A stretch of 64,000 bases of DNA from Phoronis australis (taxonomy: Eukaryota > Animalia > Phoronida): positions 572,122-636,121 of the forward strand of contig NMRA01000231.1 in NCBI GenBank assembly GCA_002633005.1, written 5' to 3'. The position numbers and the translations under genes were made by a program. Below the pieces are notes generated by a model that was given only the letters and a program-made list of their open reading frames with translations, did not search any database and was not told where the DNA came from. This document shows positions 1-11,994 of the stretch, piece by piece. The first letter of the stretch is position 1. Every line of letters starts with the position of its first letter.

Positions 1-106
1 AACACTACCTTGTTGAAGCGACGTGTTGAAAACTGGTAGTGGAGAACACTGATGTGTCAAACTGGCTCCCAAGTATATTCGAACGTTGTTTTTTTCTGTT
101 TTACAG

Positions 107-800
107 GCACGGGTTACTACGAAAAATCAACCCAAGAGTGGAAATGCCTTTTTGTAAATATTTTTTGTAAAACCTCGATCATTGGTTGAAAGCTTCGTCT
201 TCTTTTATTGGGTCAAGGTTTTGGAACTTTACTGCCTACGAAGACTAATACCCCATGAACCCAACTGGGCATCATTTGAATATGCGTGCGATACAGGGTC
301 TGGTACTGGATATGTTGAAAGAGTTGTGTGGTTGGACTCCATTTCCTGGAAGCCATCATCGTGTGAGACATGTGCTCCACAGAAGTATTCTAAATTCCAA
401 GGCCACTGCGCTTCTCCTTGCCACATTATGTTTGCACAACAATCCAACTCCTTGCTCTATTGTGATGGGAACACACAGAGCTAATTTGATTGAGGACTTC
501 GTTCAATACAGCTTAACACGAGAAACGTACATTCACAAATAAATCTGTACATATGAATTTGAGGTATGGTAATAAAGACATTGTGTGTATATACTTCGAC
601 CATCACATTTGTATGCGGTGAGAAAACTTCAAAAACGGATGTTCGACAAAGAATGAAATGCAATAAACAAAAAATTGGATGACTATAGCAAATAATGCTT
701 AAAAAGCATTGATAACACCACAGTTTTTAGATGATATTTTCATTTCCTAACTCAAGCGCGTATAACCTGGGCAACTTCCCATGTGTAGCGTAAACCCGGC
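107..800 (+). mobile_element. Decayed PIF/Harbinger transposase 3' part and probable right end
   Basis: Frameshifted motifs LLG..GF, VER, HVLHRSILNSKATALLLATLCLHN and RANLIEDF resemble the Harbinger DDE C-terminus; strong acceptor at 106; possible terminus GTAAACCCGGC followed by TAA at about 800. Confidence 0.4.
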
Positions 801-867
801 TAAAGGAAATTCCCTTACACTACCTGGTACCCGTGCGAAGCTATTATTGTATGAACTTGGTACTCAC

Positions 868-1073
868 AGACAATGAGGATTGTGAATTCAGCACACCCTT
901 GTTGGACACCTTTGAAGTATGCACAGCACTTATATTTTCCGTTATGCTGAGGGCCAGCTCGATTGAACATCACATAATTTTTCGTCTTAAATGAGTTGTG
1001 CGGAAAATAGTCTTTGTCAGGTCTCACTTTTGTGTTTGGAAACGTCCATTTGTAATCGAAGTCTTGAGGTGGT
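868..1073 (-). CDS. IgSF gene, exon (second part of Ig-like domain 3); gene continues left of the window
   Basis: Acceptor cttaatatttcag|A, donor GTCT|gtgagt; 206 nt, phase 2-1; PPQDFDYKWTFPNTKVRPDKDYFPHNSFKTKNYVMFNRAGPQHNGKYKCCAYFKGVQQGCAEFTILIV with core Trp and N-G-K-Y-K-C motif. Confidence 0.85.
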
Positions 1074-1189
1074 CTGAAATATTAAGTAAGGCTGAAAGTC
1101 CTAATCGTTGTTGTGCTGTAACGAACTTGTTGCAAGCTCAATAATAAACGAAACTACAAACTCAAGAAACTAATATCATATAGTTTGTT

Positions 1190-1510
1190 TAAAATTGAAC
1201 CTGGTTTAACTTAGACTTAGACCCAGTTTAAGGATTATACGCCTTTCAGTGGTCTAGTAAAGCCTGTAACAATAGGACCTCGATGAAAAACAAGATTTTG
1301 CAACATTACGTAAAAAACTGTCGCGTGAGAACACGTGTCATTGCCTACATGTTTCATGTAGGTAGGTCCAAGCATGTCTGAGCACAGACCGGGTTGAACT
1401 CCAGCAAAGACCCGGTCTACATTTTTCTTTCACCAACGAGGTCTATATCCCTAGATCTGCATTAAGATCTTAAACCAGGTTATAACTTAACACCTGGTCA
1501 GACCGGGGTT
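1190..1510. repeat. Harbinger-type subterminal repeat fragment
   Basis: Aligns by eye, inverted, with 39222-39440 (TTAAGATCTTARACCAG core), which is the right arm of the 38045-39465 Harbinger element. Confidence 0.65.
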
Positions 1511-1636
1511 TCACATTAAACAAAAATGGCAGTCATAGGTGGGTGATATCGGATGGCTCAAGTGTGCAACAGAATGATGCAGCAGTGTGCGTCAAAGAGG
1601 TAATTTTAGAGCAAAGATGTTCACGTTCATGTTCAC

Positions 1637-1747
1637 AACGTCACGAGCCCAAACACACAGTAGAACGATACGTGATGCAGGTTGTCCAAATAATCGATCA
1701 GGGCGTCATCGTGGCGCCACGGGTAGTCCGGGAGGCAGGGGCTGAAC
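1637..1747 (-). CDS. IgSF gene, candidate exon (first part of Ig-like domain 3)
   Basis: GC-richer open stretch after aaccag|G: (R)FSPCLPDYPWRHDDALIDYLDNLHHVSFYCVFGLVT(L); phase 2-2 with donor gtgaac (or gttgtg 3 nt earlier). V-x-F-x-C fits the otherwise missing B strand. Splice sites are weak. Confidence 0.4.
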
Positions 1748-1789
1748 CTGGTTTTGCCGGATAAAGATTTAGTCTTTGTTGTTTAATGT

Positions 1790-4130
1790 AGCCTAGGGTT
1801 ACGTAACCATGATTTAGGGGGTGGGGGGTGGCGGTTTGCGACCCTTGAGCATTTTTTGAATATGCAAATTAAGGTCGCCATTATGAAAAATTCCTTTTTA
1901 CATATAGATTAGTTGCCAAAAAGTTGACCCTTCAATGTTCTTTACCTAAAAGTTTTCTTTTGATATGTTGTTAGGAGAACAAAATCAACTTAGTTGCACT
2001 TTGTGCAACTTTCAGAATTTTTATAAGTCAAGATGGCGGCTTCCGCCCTCTTGAATTTCGCCTAATTTCCACACTCTGAACATGATAGGATCCTGCAATT
2101 TATGGTGTCTAATGTTTTTTGAGACGGAGAGTCCATTTCTGATATTATTTGACGGATGCAAAAAAAACAGAGCAGGGTGTCTGATGTCATTTGCGGTGTC
2201 TCACGGATGAACCCATTCCACAAAACACCTGAGCAAAAGCACTAGAGCCCAATTATGGCTCCTCGTGAAGAAAGTTTTCAAGTCTGTCAGTCTCCTTTAG
2301 GAAATTGGACAGACGTTTCCATTTATTGCCATGCACTATATGTTGTAGGCATGTAACATTGCCATCCAGTAGGTTGCTTCTTAGCCTATAAAAAGATGGG
2401 CAAAATTCTACCAGGTGTTTAGGAGATTCTACGCCAGTACCACACTCGGCACACACAGGGCTCCCCATATGCCCAGTAACGTGTCAGTGTCGGGCTAGGT
2501 TGCAGTGGCCTGTTAAAATTTGAATGACGTGTCTTATACTCAATCTATTTAGACTCAGAAGGCTTTTTGAACCTTTTGGTTCGATCACGTTGGGAAAATT
2601 CTCCTTGGTCTCTCTGCAGGAGTTAAGTGATGCCCGCTGGGCTTCTGACTGAGTATGTACCCAGTTGCGTTTACTAATCCTGCAAAATCCATAAGATACC
2701 GGAATAGCAGATTCAGGCACAAAATGCAGAATGCTTGCTCCTATCTTTGCGAGTCTGTCTGCATTCTCATTGCCATCAATTCCCTCATAGGCCCTGACCC
2801 AGAGTATATTCACTGGCGGTTCTTTCAATTGCAGGCTTGGTAAGTTCAAGCATTGACACAACGAGAGTTGACCCTTAGTTTCATTAGGGCTTTGATTGCT
2901 GCCTGGCTATCTGAAAAGATGGTAATTGGGCGATTGCCAAGCTCAGTGTTATATTGTTGTGCCAGTTGAGCAGCACTATTAATTGCAGTGATCTCAGTCT
3001 GAAACACTGTGGCAAGATTGCCTAGCGATACCCAGTCTTCTGCATCTGCAACAGGAAGGCTTTGAAAGTAGACCCCAGCACTTGTCTGGCCATTTTACGG
3101 ACATCGAGGACGTGTGAGTGCATGCTAATTCAGTGTTTGCTGACAGAAACTGTTGTGAAAGAATAAACCAATTTTCTATTCCACGGTCAGGTGTTAAGGG
3201 AATCTTTATTAACATCAAATAATTAGTCCTCACCAGTCATTCTACGGATGACCCGGAAAAAATGCAAAAGAAAGTTTCATTGCATAACTCTTATCCTCTC
3301 ACACCCCTTAGTACGAGAACAAAAGTCTATCGAAATCGGATTGGCGAAAGTTTTTTTTTTCATGATAGCGGACAAAATGGCCGCCAGCATTGCAGATGAC
3401 TATTATAACTCAAGAGTGGCATGTGATAGAGTAAAAATTCAAAAAGTTTTACCTATCTTCTATGGGTCAAAATGTCCATTGGAAATAGTTTTGCATGGTT
3501 GTAGTCACACCTTGCACCATCTTCCAAGATGGCCGCCAAAAGTACTTCGAGTCGCACAACTTTGCACGAGGAGATTAGTGTGTCGTCTTGCTTCAAACAT
3601 TGCATCAAAGGTTTTTTGGGTCGACTAATCCATTGAGACTCATTGCATTTGGCTCTAATGATTATTCAACCATTTCCAAGACGGCGGACATATTGGCCTC
3701 CAGAGAGTGGAATGTGGTAGAGTAAAAATTCAAAAAAGGTTAACCTATCTTTTGTGGGTCAACAAATTCATTGAAAATAGTTTTGTATGGCTGTGGTTAC
3801 ACCATCCACCATTTTCCAAGATTGCCTCCAAAAGTATTTCGAGTCGAACACTTTTGCAAAAACAGATTAGTATGTCGTCTTGCTTCAAACATTGCATCAT
3901 AAGTTTTCTGAGTCGACTTATCCATTGAGACTCTTTTCATTTGGTTCTGTTGATTATTTCCACCATTTCATAAGATGGCCTTCAAATAGTTGCTTCAGTA
4001 AAAACTTCAGATTCCAGAGACACGTCATTTTAACAGATTTCATAACCTGAATTTTTTATGTCGGCACGACCATTAAAATAATTTTTCTCTAGCTCTGATG
4101 ATTATGACTACCATTTTCAAACTTATTCAA
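1790..4130. repeat. Tandem array (about 145-bp subunits, about 290-bp dimer) carrying CAAGATGGC motifs, probably internal to a non-autonomous DNA transposon; interrupted by a LINE
   Basis: 3412-3700 repeats at 3703-3990; CAAGATGGC(C/G)GC-like motifs recur near 2029, 3375, 3525, 3676, 3816, 3971. Confidence 0.65.
2160..3075 (-). mobile_element. Non-LTR retrotransposon 3' fragment with RNase H and CCHC knuckle (LOA/R1/I-group like), frameshifted
   Basis: Motifs IFSDSQAAIKAL, WVRAYEGIDGNENADRLAK, LTGHCNLARH and SPVCAECGTGVESPKHLVEFCP. Confidence 0.9.
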
Positions 4131-4444
4131 CGAATAATAACTTATACGGGTGAAAAACATCAGGTTCGCCTGGACTGCAGGATTATTCTTCTTCTGAAAA
4201 AAATGTGCTGTATCGAAAATAACCTTCTGCTATTAATTTAGTGATCTGCTATCCACACCGTCTGTGTCACCTCCAGTTACAGTTCGTATGCATTTGCTGT
4301 CGGGTGTCTACAGAGTGTAATGTAAAAATCGAAATGTTTACGTACGTGAACAAATAGACTTCCACAAGTGGTATGATTTTGTGAGGTTTCCGTCATCATA
4401 CAGCAGCATCATGAAGCATATACAATGGCAGATTTGTCAGTCTT

Positions 4445-4639
4445 CAGTGCTGTAGGGGGCGTAGGTGCACGTAGGCGCAGCCAACCACCTTTTGGCATTT
4501 AAACGTTGCGCCTACACACCGTAAGTTACGCCAATGTGCGAATTCATTGCACTTTTAAAAAAACAGTGCTCAAGTACGGGATACGGTGGGCATTGGGTAA
4601 CTACTTACACGTACCTCTAATTTTACCACTACAGCACAG
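4445..4639. mobile_element. hAT-type MITE
   Basis: TIRs CAGTGCTGTAG / CTACAGCACAG and perfect 8-bp target duplication TCAGTCTT (4437-4444, 4640-4647). Confidence 0.85.
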
Positions 4640-5522
4640 TCAGTCTTTGATCGAATATCAAGCATCTTGTGTTCAAAATGGTTTGTCTCTAAATGAGGTT
4701 GCCAGCACACAAGGAGATTCGTTTACGTGCACTTGATCTACCTCGAGAATTTCTATTTTTCTAGCTATTTCATTCAATATGACAAAGAGTAGAGCCATTC
4801 TGTATATTTTTGGCTTAAAATCCCTTCCTGAGTGTGGAAAGACCTACCTCGTGGTGAACAATGCGAAAAGTTCAAAGCGGTGAGTAGAGAAGACGTGAAG
4901 CTCTTTTATTGATTTCGGGGGAAAAAAGACTTCCACGTCTGTAGGTGGACTTCCATCTGTAGAAAAATATAAGTAGTTATACAATTCACTTCAGGGAATG
5001 ATCGTGTCACCCAAAATATGAGTCTGGGAAGCTGTTTATGAGACAAAAAGACAATTTCCTCATGCTGCACTTTAAATTTTCATTGGACAGTGAGTAAGAG
5101 AGTGCTTGAAAAAGTGTTAGTGTCATTTGTTGTTTTTAAGCCAGTTAAAATAGCTCATGCTTCAATCTCCTTGTTTAATCCACGAAACGTGATCTCTGTA
5201 TTCAAATACGTCTTATAGTATTGTGTAAACAATTTTTTTATTGTGAGAGCTGTCCCAGAAATTCTGTTCGTACATGTATTGTGCCCAGGGTCAAATTCAC
5301 TCAGTTGCATACACTAAATAGCAAGACCGAGCTCAGAGGACACATATAAAGACGTATAATTTTGGATGAATGCCTGACTACATTCATCACAGCAACTGTA
5401 TCTATAATCTGATACATGTATCTCTGTCTATATCATAATTATATTTTGACTGTGAAGCGAACTTAGGGGTTCAGGGAGTGTACATGTAGGCTGGACACAA
5501 TGTTACATGGGCCTTTATTTCC

Positions 5523-6284
5523 GGCATTGTTCCAAAATCCCTTCGACTCCCACATCCCACGACCCCAAATCCCCACAACCCACAATGCACAGCCCATTCG
5601 ACCCATTCGCGTTTCATAATCCTATCATGTCTTTCTCATAAGACCTGCCTACAAGCAAACCTGGCTCAAGTCCGGTGGTTAACAGCAGAAAGCGACATGA
5701 GAATATTATCTGAAACAGCGAAATGTCAGCGTGGCATCGATTTCAATGAAATAGTTGCACGAGCGGATATCAACTGCCCTGTTCTACTAAACTGAGGGAG
5801 AGATTACGTTAACGTGAATGGACATAATTTATCATTTTTATTATTATCTTCCTGTTGTATTCTCCTTTACAATATACACCATGTAACATTGAGGTGCTTT
5901 TTAGTTGTCAATTTGTTTTTTCAGACTGTATTTACTGGAAAAATTACACATCCGTTGGTTCCGCGTACTCTCCCATAAAAAAACTGGTGAGCAGACGAGA
6001 CGATTAGACTTTTCTGCGGATGACATTTGTGACGTTGGTAGGTCTTTGCTTAGATTTGGTCGCGTTGTAAATTTCTGGCTTTGGCTTGTAAACTTGCCGA
6101 ATCGACCCTCATAATTGCAAAAATCAGGGAATGCCCATCCGAGCTCACGGTCCGAGTCGTTGGTCCTGCAAGTCAGTGCTTGTTCTATGCTTAGATCTAG
6201 TCGAACTTGGGTACACTGGGTCGAGGTGGTTGTGCGGTTCATGTATCGAAGAGGTCGTGGGATGCGGGTGTTTTAGAACAATCC
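5523..6284. mobile_element. MITE with ATTGTTC(C/T)AAAA termini and CGACCC/CACAACC subterminal repeats
   Basis: Inverted ends GGCATTGTTCCAAAA and TTTTAGAACAATCCC; a related end occurs at 48545-48645. Confidence 0.55.
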
Positions 6285-7169
6285 CTGTTTTCGTCCACAA
6301 ATAGGGCAGACAGTGAAATCAAACATCGTAATTCTTCAGGCAACTCTTATCTTAATTCTGTCAGATTTAAGTGCTATGAAGGGTAATTGAGCTGAATACT
6401 GGTGATCATTTAATTGACCTCTCTGCCTCAGATATTTGTTCTACTGTATATTGCTAATGTACACTGTTATTTTTCGCTTCGTGGTAACACTCAGACTATT
6501 AAGAGTTAATGTTTTTAAACCGGTCGGGTATTAGAAATGACCATTGTTTGTGAATTAAATTATTTATCTTTGCTTCTGTTATAATCTGTCACAGTCAAAA
6601 AGTAATGAAGAGCTTTCTAGCGATGTGGCTCATATGTAGTTATGTTGAAAACAGCGGAATTACATTAAACACAAGGGAGGAAAAAGTCACAAAACGATGA
6701 CGTCAACTGGTGACTATAAAGAAGTGGCAAAGCCGTCTGGCTAATTTGTATTAACAGTCACTTGTGTACTGAAATTTTATATTACTATTGACTTCTAATA
6801 TATTTACATAACCGCGAACCGATTATCGTGCATTCCCGGGTGTTCAGATACCATACATGTACACATATAAAAAATCGATTGTGTCGTTAATGAGTAAAAT
6901 TTCCTGTAATTCAGTCCCGACGTCAAGGAAACATTGACCATATGTCACCCTTTGGGGGAAATGTAGACCAGATGTTTTTAAAGACCATGCTTCAATGCTT
7001 TTACCCATGGCGTAAAGCATTCAGAACAATTATTTGTGAGGCCATGGCTGATCGTGAATCATGAGATATCTACTTGAATTGAAGTCACCACGTCTCAAAG
7101 TTCTAGTCGCAAGTCATTGGAAAAGGCAGCCGTTCGATAATTTACACTGCATAAAGCACGGGAAACCTT

Positions 7170-8060
7170 TAACCACAGGCGCCTGGGTTTATCTGTTCCT
7201 CGATCGCAAATTACGTCACTCAGTAATACACATAAGAAAACATAAAGGTTGGACACTCGAAATCTGTTTGCTCAGAATTTTCTACTCAAATGTGCATGAA
7301 ACTCCACGAAACTAGCATCGAACAACTCTTAGAATACCTTCTTTTATTTGATCTCTTCAAATTGCCTTCGAGTGGTGATTTGGCGACAAAAATGCCAAAA
7401 GAATGCCAAAATCACAAATTCAAGGACCTAATTCCCTGATGTCATGGCAGACGGTATTCGCACATCCAGGTTTTTGACGGACGCTCCCGAGCTAAATCCG
7501 AAAGTCTAATTTCGTGCGTCTTTCATCGTCAATCCCTCGACTACTTAATCATGAGAAGCAGAGAGCACTTTATTGCCAAATAAATGTAATTACTCACATA
7601 TTTGTGGCAAATATAAATTATTCTGATACTGTATTGATATGCGAAGTTATTTTGTGTACTGTGATTTCTTATGAAGGTTTTACTTTTGGCCAAAGCCATT
7701 GAGTTAACTCGTCGGCCACGCGCATAGTAATACTTGCACGGACTGCGTTTCCTGGCCGAGTGTGTGTTGTGCTTCAGTCAAAAAGTACGTGATGTCAAGA
7801 TGAGAAACAAGATACGCCAGTTTATGCAATAAAATTCTAAGTTAAGGGCTCAAATGAGCCGTCAGTGGAATAAAGTTACAAATAATCATTAAAATACTAA
7901 CTTTAACATTCTCAATTAATTGAGTTTTGTATTAGAGTTATTGAATTTGAAATATAGGTTGCTTGCTCAAACTCGAAGTTTCACCTACGTCAGGCGTACA
8001 AGTTGAAGCACAACTGAAATCCGCCATGTTTACTATTTCAGGTCCTTGAATTCAGAGTTT
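7170..8060. repeat. Dispersed repeat, inverted partner at about 35110-35920
   Basis: Shared blocks such as GTTCCTCGATCGCAAAT, AATCTGTTTGCTCAGAATTTTCT and CAAATTCAAGGACCT occur reverse-complemented at 35110-35920. Confidence 0.8.
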
Positions 8061-8169
8061 TGAGATTGTTTTGGAAATTCCATCGCCAATTCACCACTCA
8101 CGAAGACAGTTAATGGGATCTAGGAAAAATAAGGCTTCGAAGGTTTGTGCAACACCAGACTGAGGGAGG

Positions 8170-9300
8170 TGCACGCTGATTTTATTTGGATTTTGGACGG
8201 TTGAAGTTGGGAGCCTGGGCTTGGCAAAGTGTCCAACCTTTATGTTTCTTATATATGGTTATGAGTGATATGGAAATCCGAGCGCCTGTGCCTTTAACAT
8301 GAGGTTTGTATACGCAAGCGTCATTACAGTTTTGGAAAGGCTGAAAACAAGGGCTAGGTCCAGAGAATCTCCACACAAGAAGTTAGAAGACTTTCTGATT
8401 TTTGTGAAGATGTACTGAACAAAAAGCTCTCCTCCCTGAGTTGACCTGCTTCGATTACTCGATCAAAACATCCCAACTACATGTATTTTGGTGTGCCCGA
8501 CATTTCTTCAAAGGAAGTAGAATACAATTGCAGTTGGATTTTTTTATGAAAAGTGTATATTATCTCCAGGCTTTCTGTGACTTAGATGTTCACGCATGCA
8601 ATCGACGCTTAAGAGTCACGTCTTTGTTATTCTTTAGTGTGACAAATACATAGCAAAACAAAGGCTTCAGACCTCTCCACGACCTGCTCCATAAACGAAT
8701 CCAGAAAAAATTGACAGGACTCAGCGCCAAACGTCGAACAGCAAAAAATTTGGGGGAGAGAACCGCTATTGTACGCATGGCAGAACTCGGTTTCGAATGT
8801 CTCTTTGGAGAAGGCCACTTAGTGCAAATCGATCATCGTCTGTCGCGAGTACAACAGCAAATTTAATGTCTGCATGATGAACAATGATGGCCAAGAGGAA
8901 ATTTAAACAACCGTTGATTTCACTTGCACGTTGACGTTCAGCGGAAAAAATTGCTAGTATGAACAATTATCTTGGCAGAAGTTTACATAGCGGCAGTACC
9001 TGTAATTTCGGGACGTGTCGCTACCTATATCCTGAACAACGATTAGAACAACGTGTCACTTATCAATCCTGAGTTGTTTTGTGACTTTGAAGTAGAGGGA
9101 GGAGATTAACATGGTTACGAGTGGAAAACGTGCTGCAGTATCAAAACGTGCTATCTAATAAAAACTTTCAAAAGTTTAGCAAGGTCTTATACGGAAAAGA
9201 AGCACAACTGCCTGCACTTTTGGAATATGATCACGTTCTTCGGGGATTGGTCTGAAGTGGCTATCACATGCCAGTAGAATCATCACCCTCATTTAAATGT
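8170..9300 (+). pseudogene. Possible decayed NACHT-domain (NLR-like) coding sequence
   Basis: Ordered motifs: FIWILDG* (Walker-B like, 8180), PVPLT*G (ITSR like), MKSVYYLQAFCDL (PLxLxxxC like), RVTSLLF, IVRMAELGFECL (LGxLAFxGL like), FHLH...LAEVYIAA; about 140 codons (8441-8865) with one stop. No Walker A seen. Confidence 0.4.
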
Positions 9301-10239
9301 TCTAACTGAAGACATTCTGCCGCAGACTGGGGTAATAAGCTGGAGATCTTACTTGTCCACGATGTGCCAAAGCTGTTGAATGTCAATGATTCATCTCCGG
9401 CCATTTTCTTTGAGTACAGTGCTTACATTTGGTATAGGTTATAATGAAATAGCTCAAATCAGTCTTCAGTACAGTTATGGCACCGAAGACTTCTCCCACA
9501 GATAACTAACGAAAAGCACCCACGCAGTTTGTTTTGCAGTTCTGGGAATAGAAAATCTCGTGAAAATAAATACCGTGAAAGTTGCGGGATCAATTAATTA
9601 TTTACATATGTGCATACAGAGACTGCGAGTATGCATCTGATAAATACTTCCACTGTGTCAAAAGATATTTCTTACCACGGACGCTGACTTTGTAGCGAGC
9701 TCGGTCCCGACTTGTACCGCTATAGTATACGTCCAGCCATATGTCATACTTTCTGTTGACATATGAGAGAAATATGTCTCCCCACATCTGCTCGTCTGGT
9801 GAAATGGGGAAATCTGAAAAGAATCGCTACTTATCTCCTTTACATCAAAGTCGTTGCAAAATTGGAAACAATAGCTTATGAATTTTCAGGATCACGGGTG
9901 TGAAAACGTTTTTCAAGAAGAGAAATGAATCTCTAACTCCGTTTGAAAGGGAATGAGATGCTGACGTTTAAAGTTTGAAGTTCTGTTTGCAATTAGTGAA
10001 AAGAAAACCGTTGACACGCGCCCACAGCTAGAGCACAGTAAATAAACGGTGTTTCAGGGGTGTTCATGAACTTCAATAAAGTTTCAAAATTTCTTAATAA
10101 ACACCTTTTCAACACCTTCGACACTAAAGTTAAGATGCGGTAAAAGGACACACTCTGAGAAATCCGAGATTGTCACAAACAAATCATGATGTCCGACAGA
10201 TACAAATACATGTATACTCGTAAACCGACAAAGGGGGCA

Positions 10240-10430
10240 CTGACACGCCGTAAAATGCATCAATTTCGTAAAATGTAACAATTACTAAATTTTATGTTAT
10301 TGTTACATTTTACGTTGCTAGGCCTCTCGTATAATTTAACCAAGTGTTGCATTTTATGAAATTGTTACAATTTACGTCGTATGCACGTGCGAGAAACGTA
10401 CCATTGTAACATTTTACGAAAGCAACGTCA
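10240..10430. repeat. Small MITE-like element built from inverted CGTAAAATGTAACA motifs
   Basis: CGTAAAATGTAACA and its reverse complement TGTTACATTTTACG recur several times in 190 bp. Confidence 0.55.
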
Positions 10431-11877
10431 CCTTTCATGAGTTTGCAAGGCAGTTGTCACACGGAGGAAAACCGTTGACACACTTACCGCCTCCTTTCTC
10501 GGATTGTGTGTCAGGTCGACTGTATGTACTTTCCGTGGTTTTTTAACATGAATTGTTTTATGGTATAATGAAAATGTACAGCGAGCAGTTTCAGCTCCAC
10601 ATGAAAGGGTTTCCAGGGTTAGGTAACAAAACGTTCTTGCAATCTTTTGTTGGCGCTCATAAACCATTTGTGTATCCGACGTTACAATAAACACACTTCC
10701 CATGGTAAGAACAACAATGACATCGTATTTGGCTAATATTTATCGTATTTCTTCGGGAACGAACAATACATGTAGCTATAGATTATTCGTTGAAAAAATT
10801 TGATGCGGTGCTTAGTCTTCTTACTGGAACTCATATTTTGTGAACCAAGTTGTTTACCTGATTTTTGTCCTTTGTATTGTATATTTTGCACGACCTCCTA
10901 TGGTATTATTATTCCCGAGAACCTGTTGATGCCCTTCCGTGTAGTTATGTTCTGAAGTGTTTTATGTAAATATTTTATTTTTCTTTCATAGATAAATAAT
11001 AGACATGCAAGTTTCCGTCTACAGTGCTTCCTGTGGCACATACCGTGATACACAGTCGTTAGAAACTGCATAGCAGCCCCAATATATACATTTAATAAAA
11101 AAAACTCTTCTTATGCTGCGTGACACTCTGCATTTCGGATATTGGAACTGTGTCATTTTGGGCACGTTCTGCACCTTCTACAGACTGCGAGTATTTACTT
11201 TTTGCTTCTGCTTATGTCTCCATTTAAAAGGGATTTTAATCAGTATTACATTTTTTCTTGCTGTATACCCTGTCTTCATAGTGATTTGCAAAGAGATGCT
11301 CCGTCTCTGTTAACTATAACGCTCCTTTTTGCTCAAGCCGTCTTTTATGTTTTTAAAAGACGTTTACTTTCAATACAATATTTTCAAACTAAAAACCTGG
11401 CGTCTTTCTATTGTGATTGACAATCTCATGTCACACCCGTTTTATTCCACGCAGTAAATTTACATCCAAGTTTGACTGCCCGTTAATGGTTGAGCTATTC
11501 ATACAGTACTTAATTTCTATATTAACCTTTACCTACCAGTTAAATGTTGATATCCTACTTGATGGTTCAGAGGACGAAACATTCGAAAATTTGCCAAATG
11601 GTATCACTCAAGCAGTCTATGGGACTCCCATGAACCAGACACAATGCTACTGCCGTTGTTCTTTAGACTAACCGGGGTAGTACAATCTTTTTATTTAGAG
11701 AAAATCGTGTCCATTTTCTGAGTGCAGTTTTGCAGCTAATGCTTCCTGATGAGGTTACTCCCCAGCCATTGTCACAACTCTCACCCTTTCTGGTGCACTA
11801 GTTAATTGATCCACCCTCACATATATAAATAGTCTCCGATCCACCACAATGCCAACAGTTGTGAATAACCTCCTTAC

Positions 11878-11968
11878 CTGAGCACATAGCACTTTGCACG
11901 TAAATTAGCTTCTGCTGGGCTACCAAAGCCGATACACGATGCATTGCATTCGTAATAATAGAGCGGCA
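11878..11968 (-). CDS. IgSF gene, exon 5 (end of Ig-like domain 2)
   Basis: Acceptor gagttttatag|TG, donor CTCAG|gtaagg; 91 nt, phase 1-2; VPLYYYECNASCIGFGSPAEANLRAKCYVL(R) has a Y-x-C-x-A F-strand motif and supplies exactly the phase needed by the 868-1073 exon. Confidence 0.7.
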
Positions 11969-11994
11969 CTATAAAACTCGGGGTACGAAAGTGT

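Noticed and set aside
355-480. Possible next Ig exon on minus strand (SLCVPITIEQGVGLLCK...LLW)
   Set aside because: Weak acceptor, in-frame stop with no good donor, and the plus strand is better explained as a Harbinger remnant.
805-814. Perfect NF-kB-like site GGGAATTTCC on minus strand
   Set aside because: A single degenerate-class 10-mer in 64 kb can arise by chance and it is far from the predicted start.
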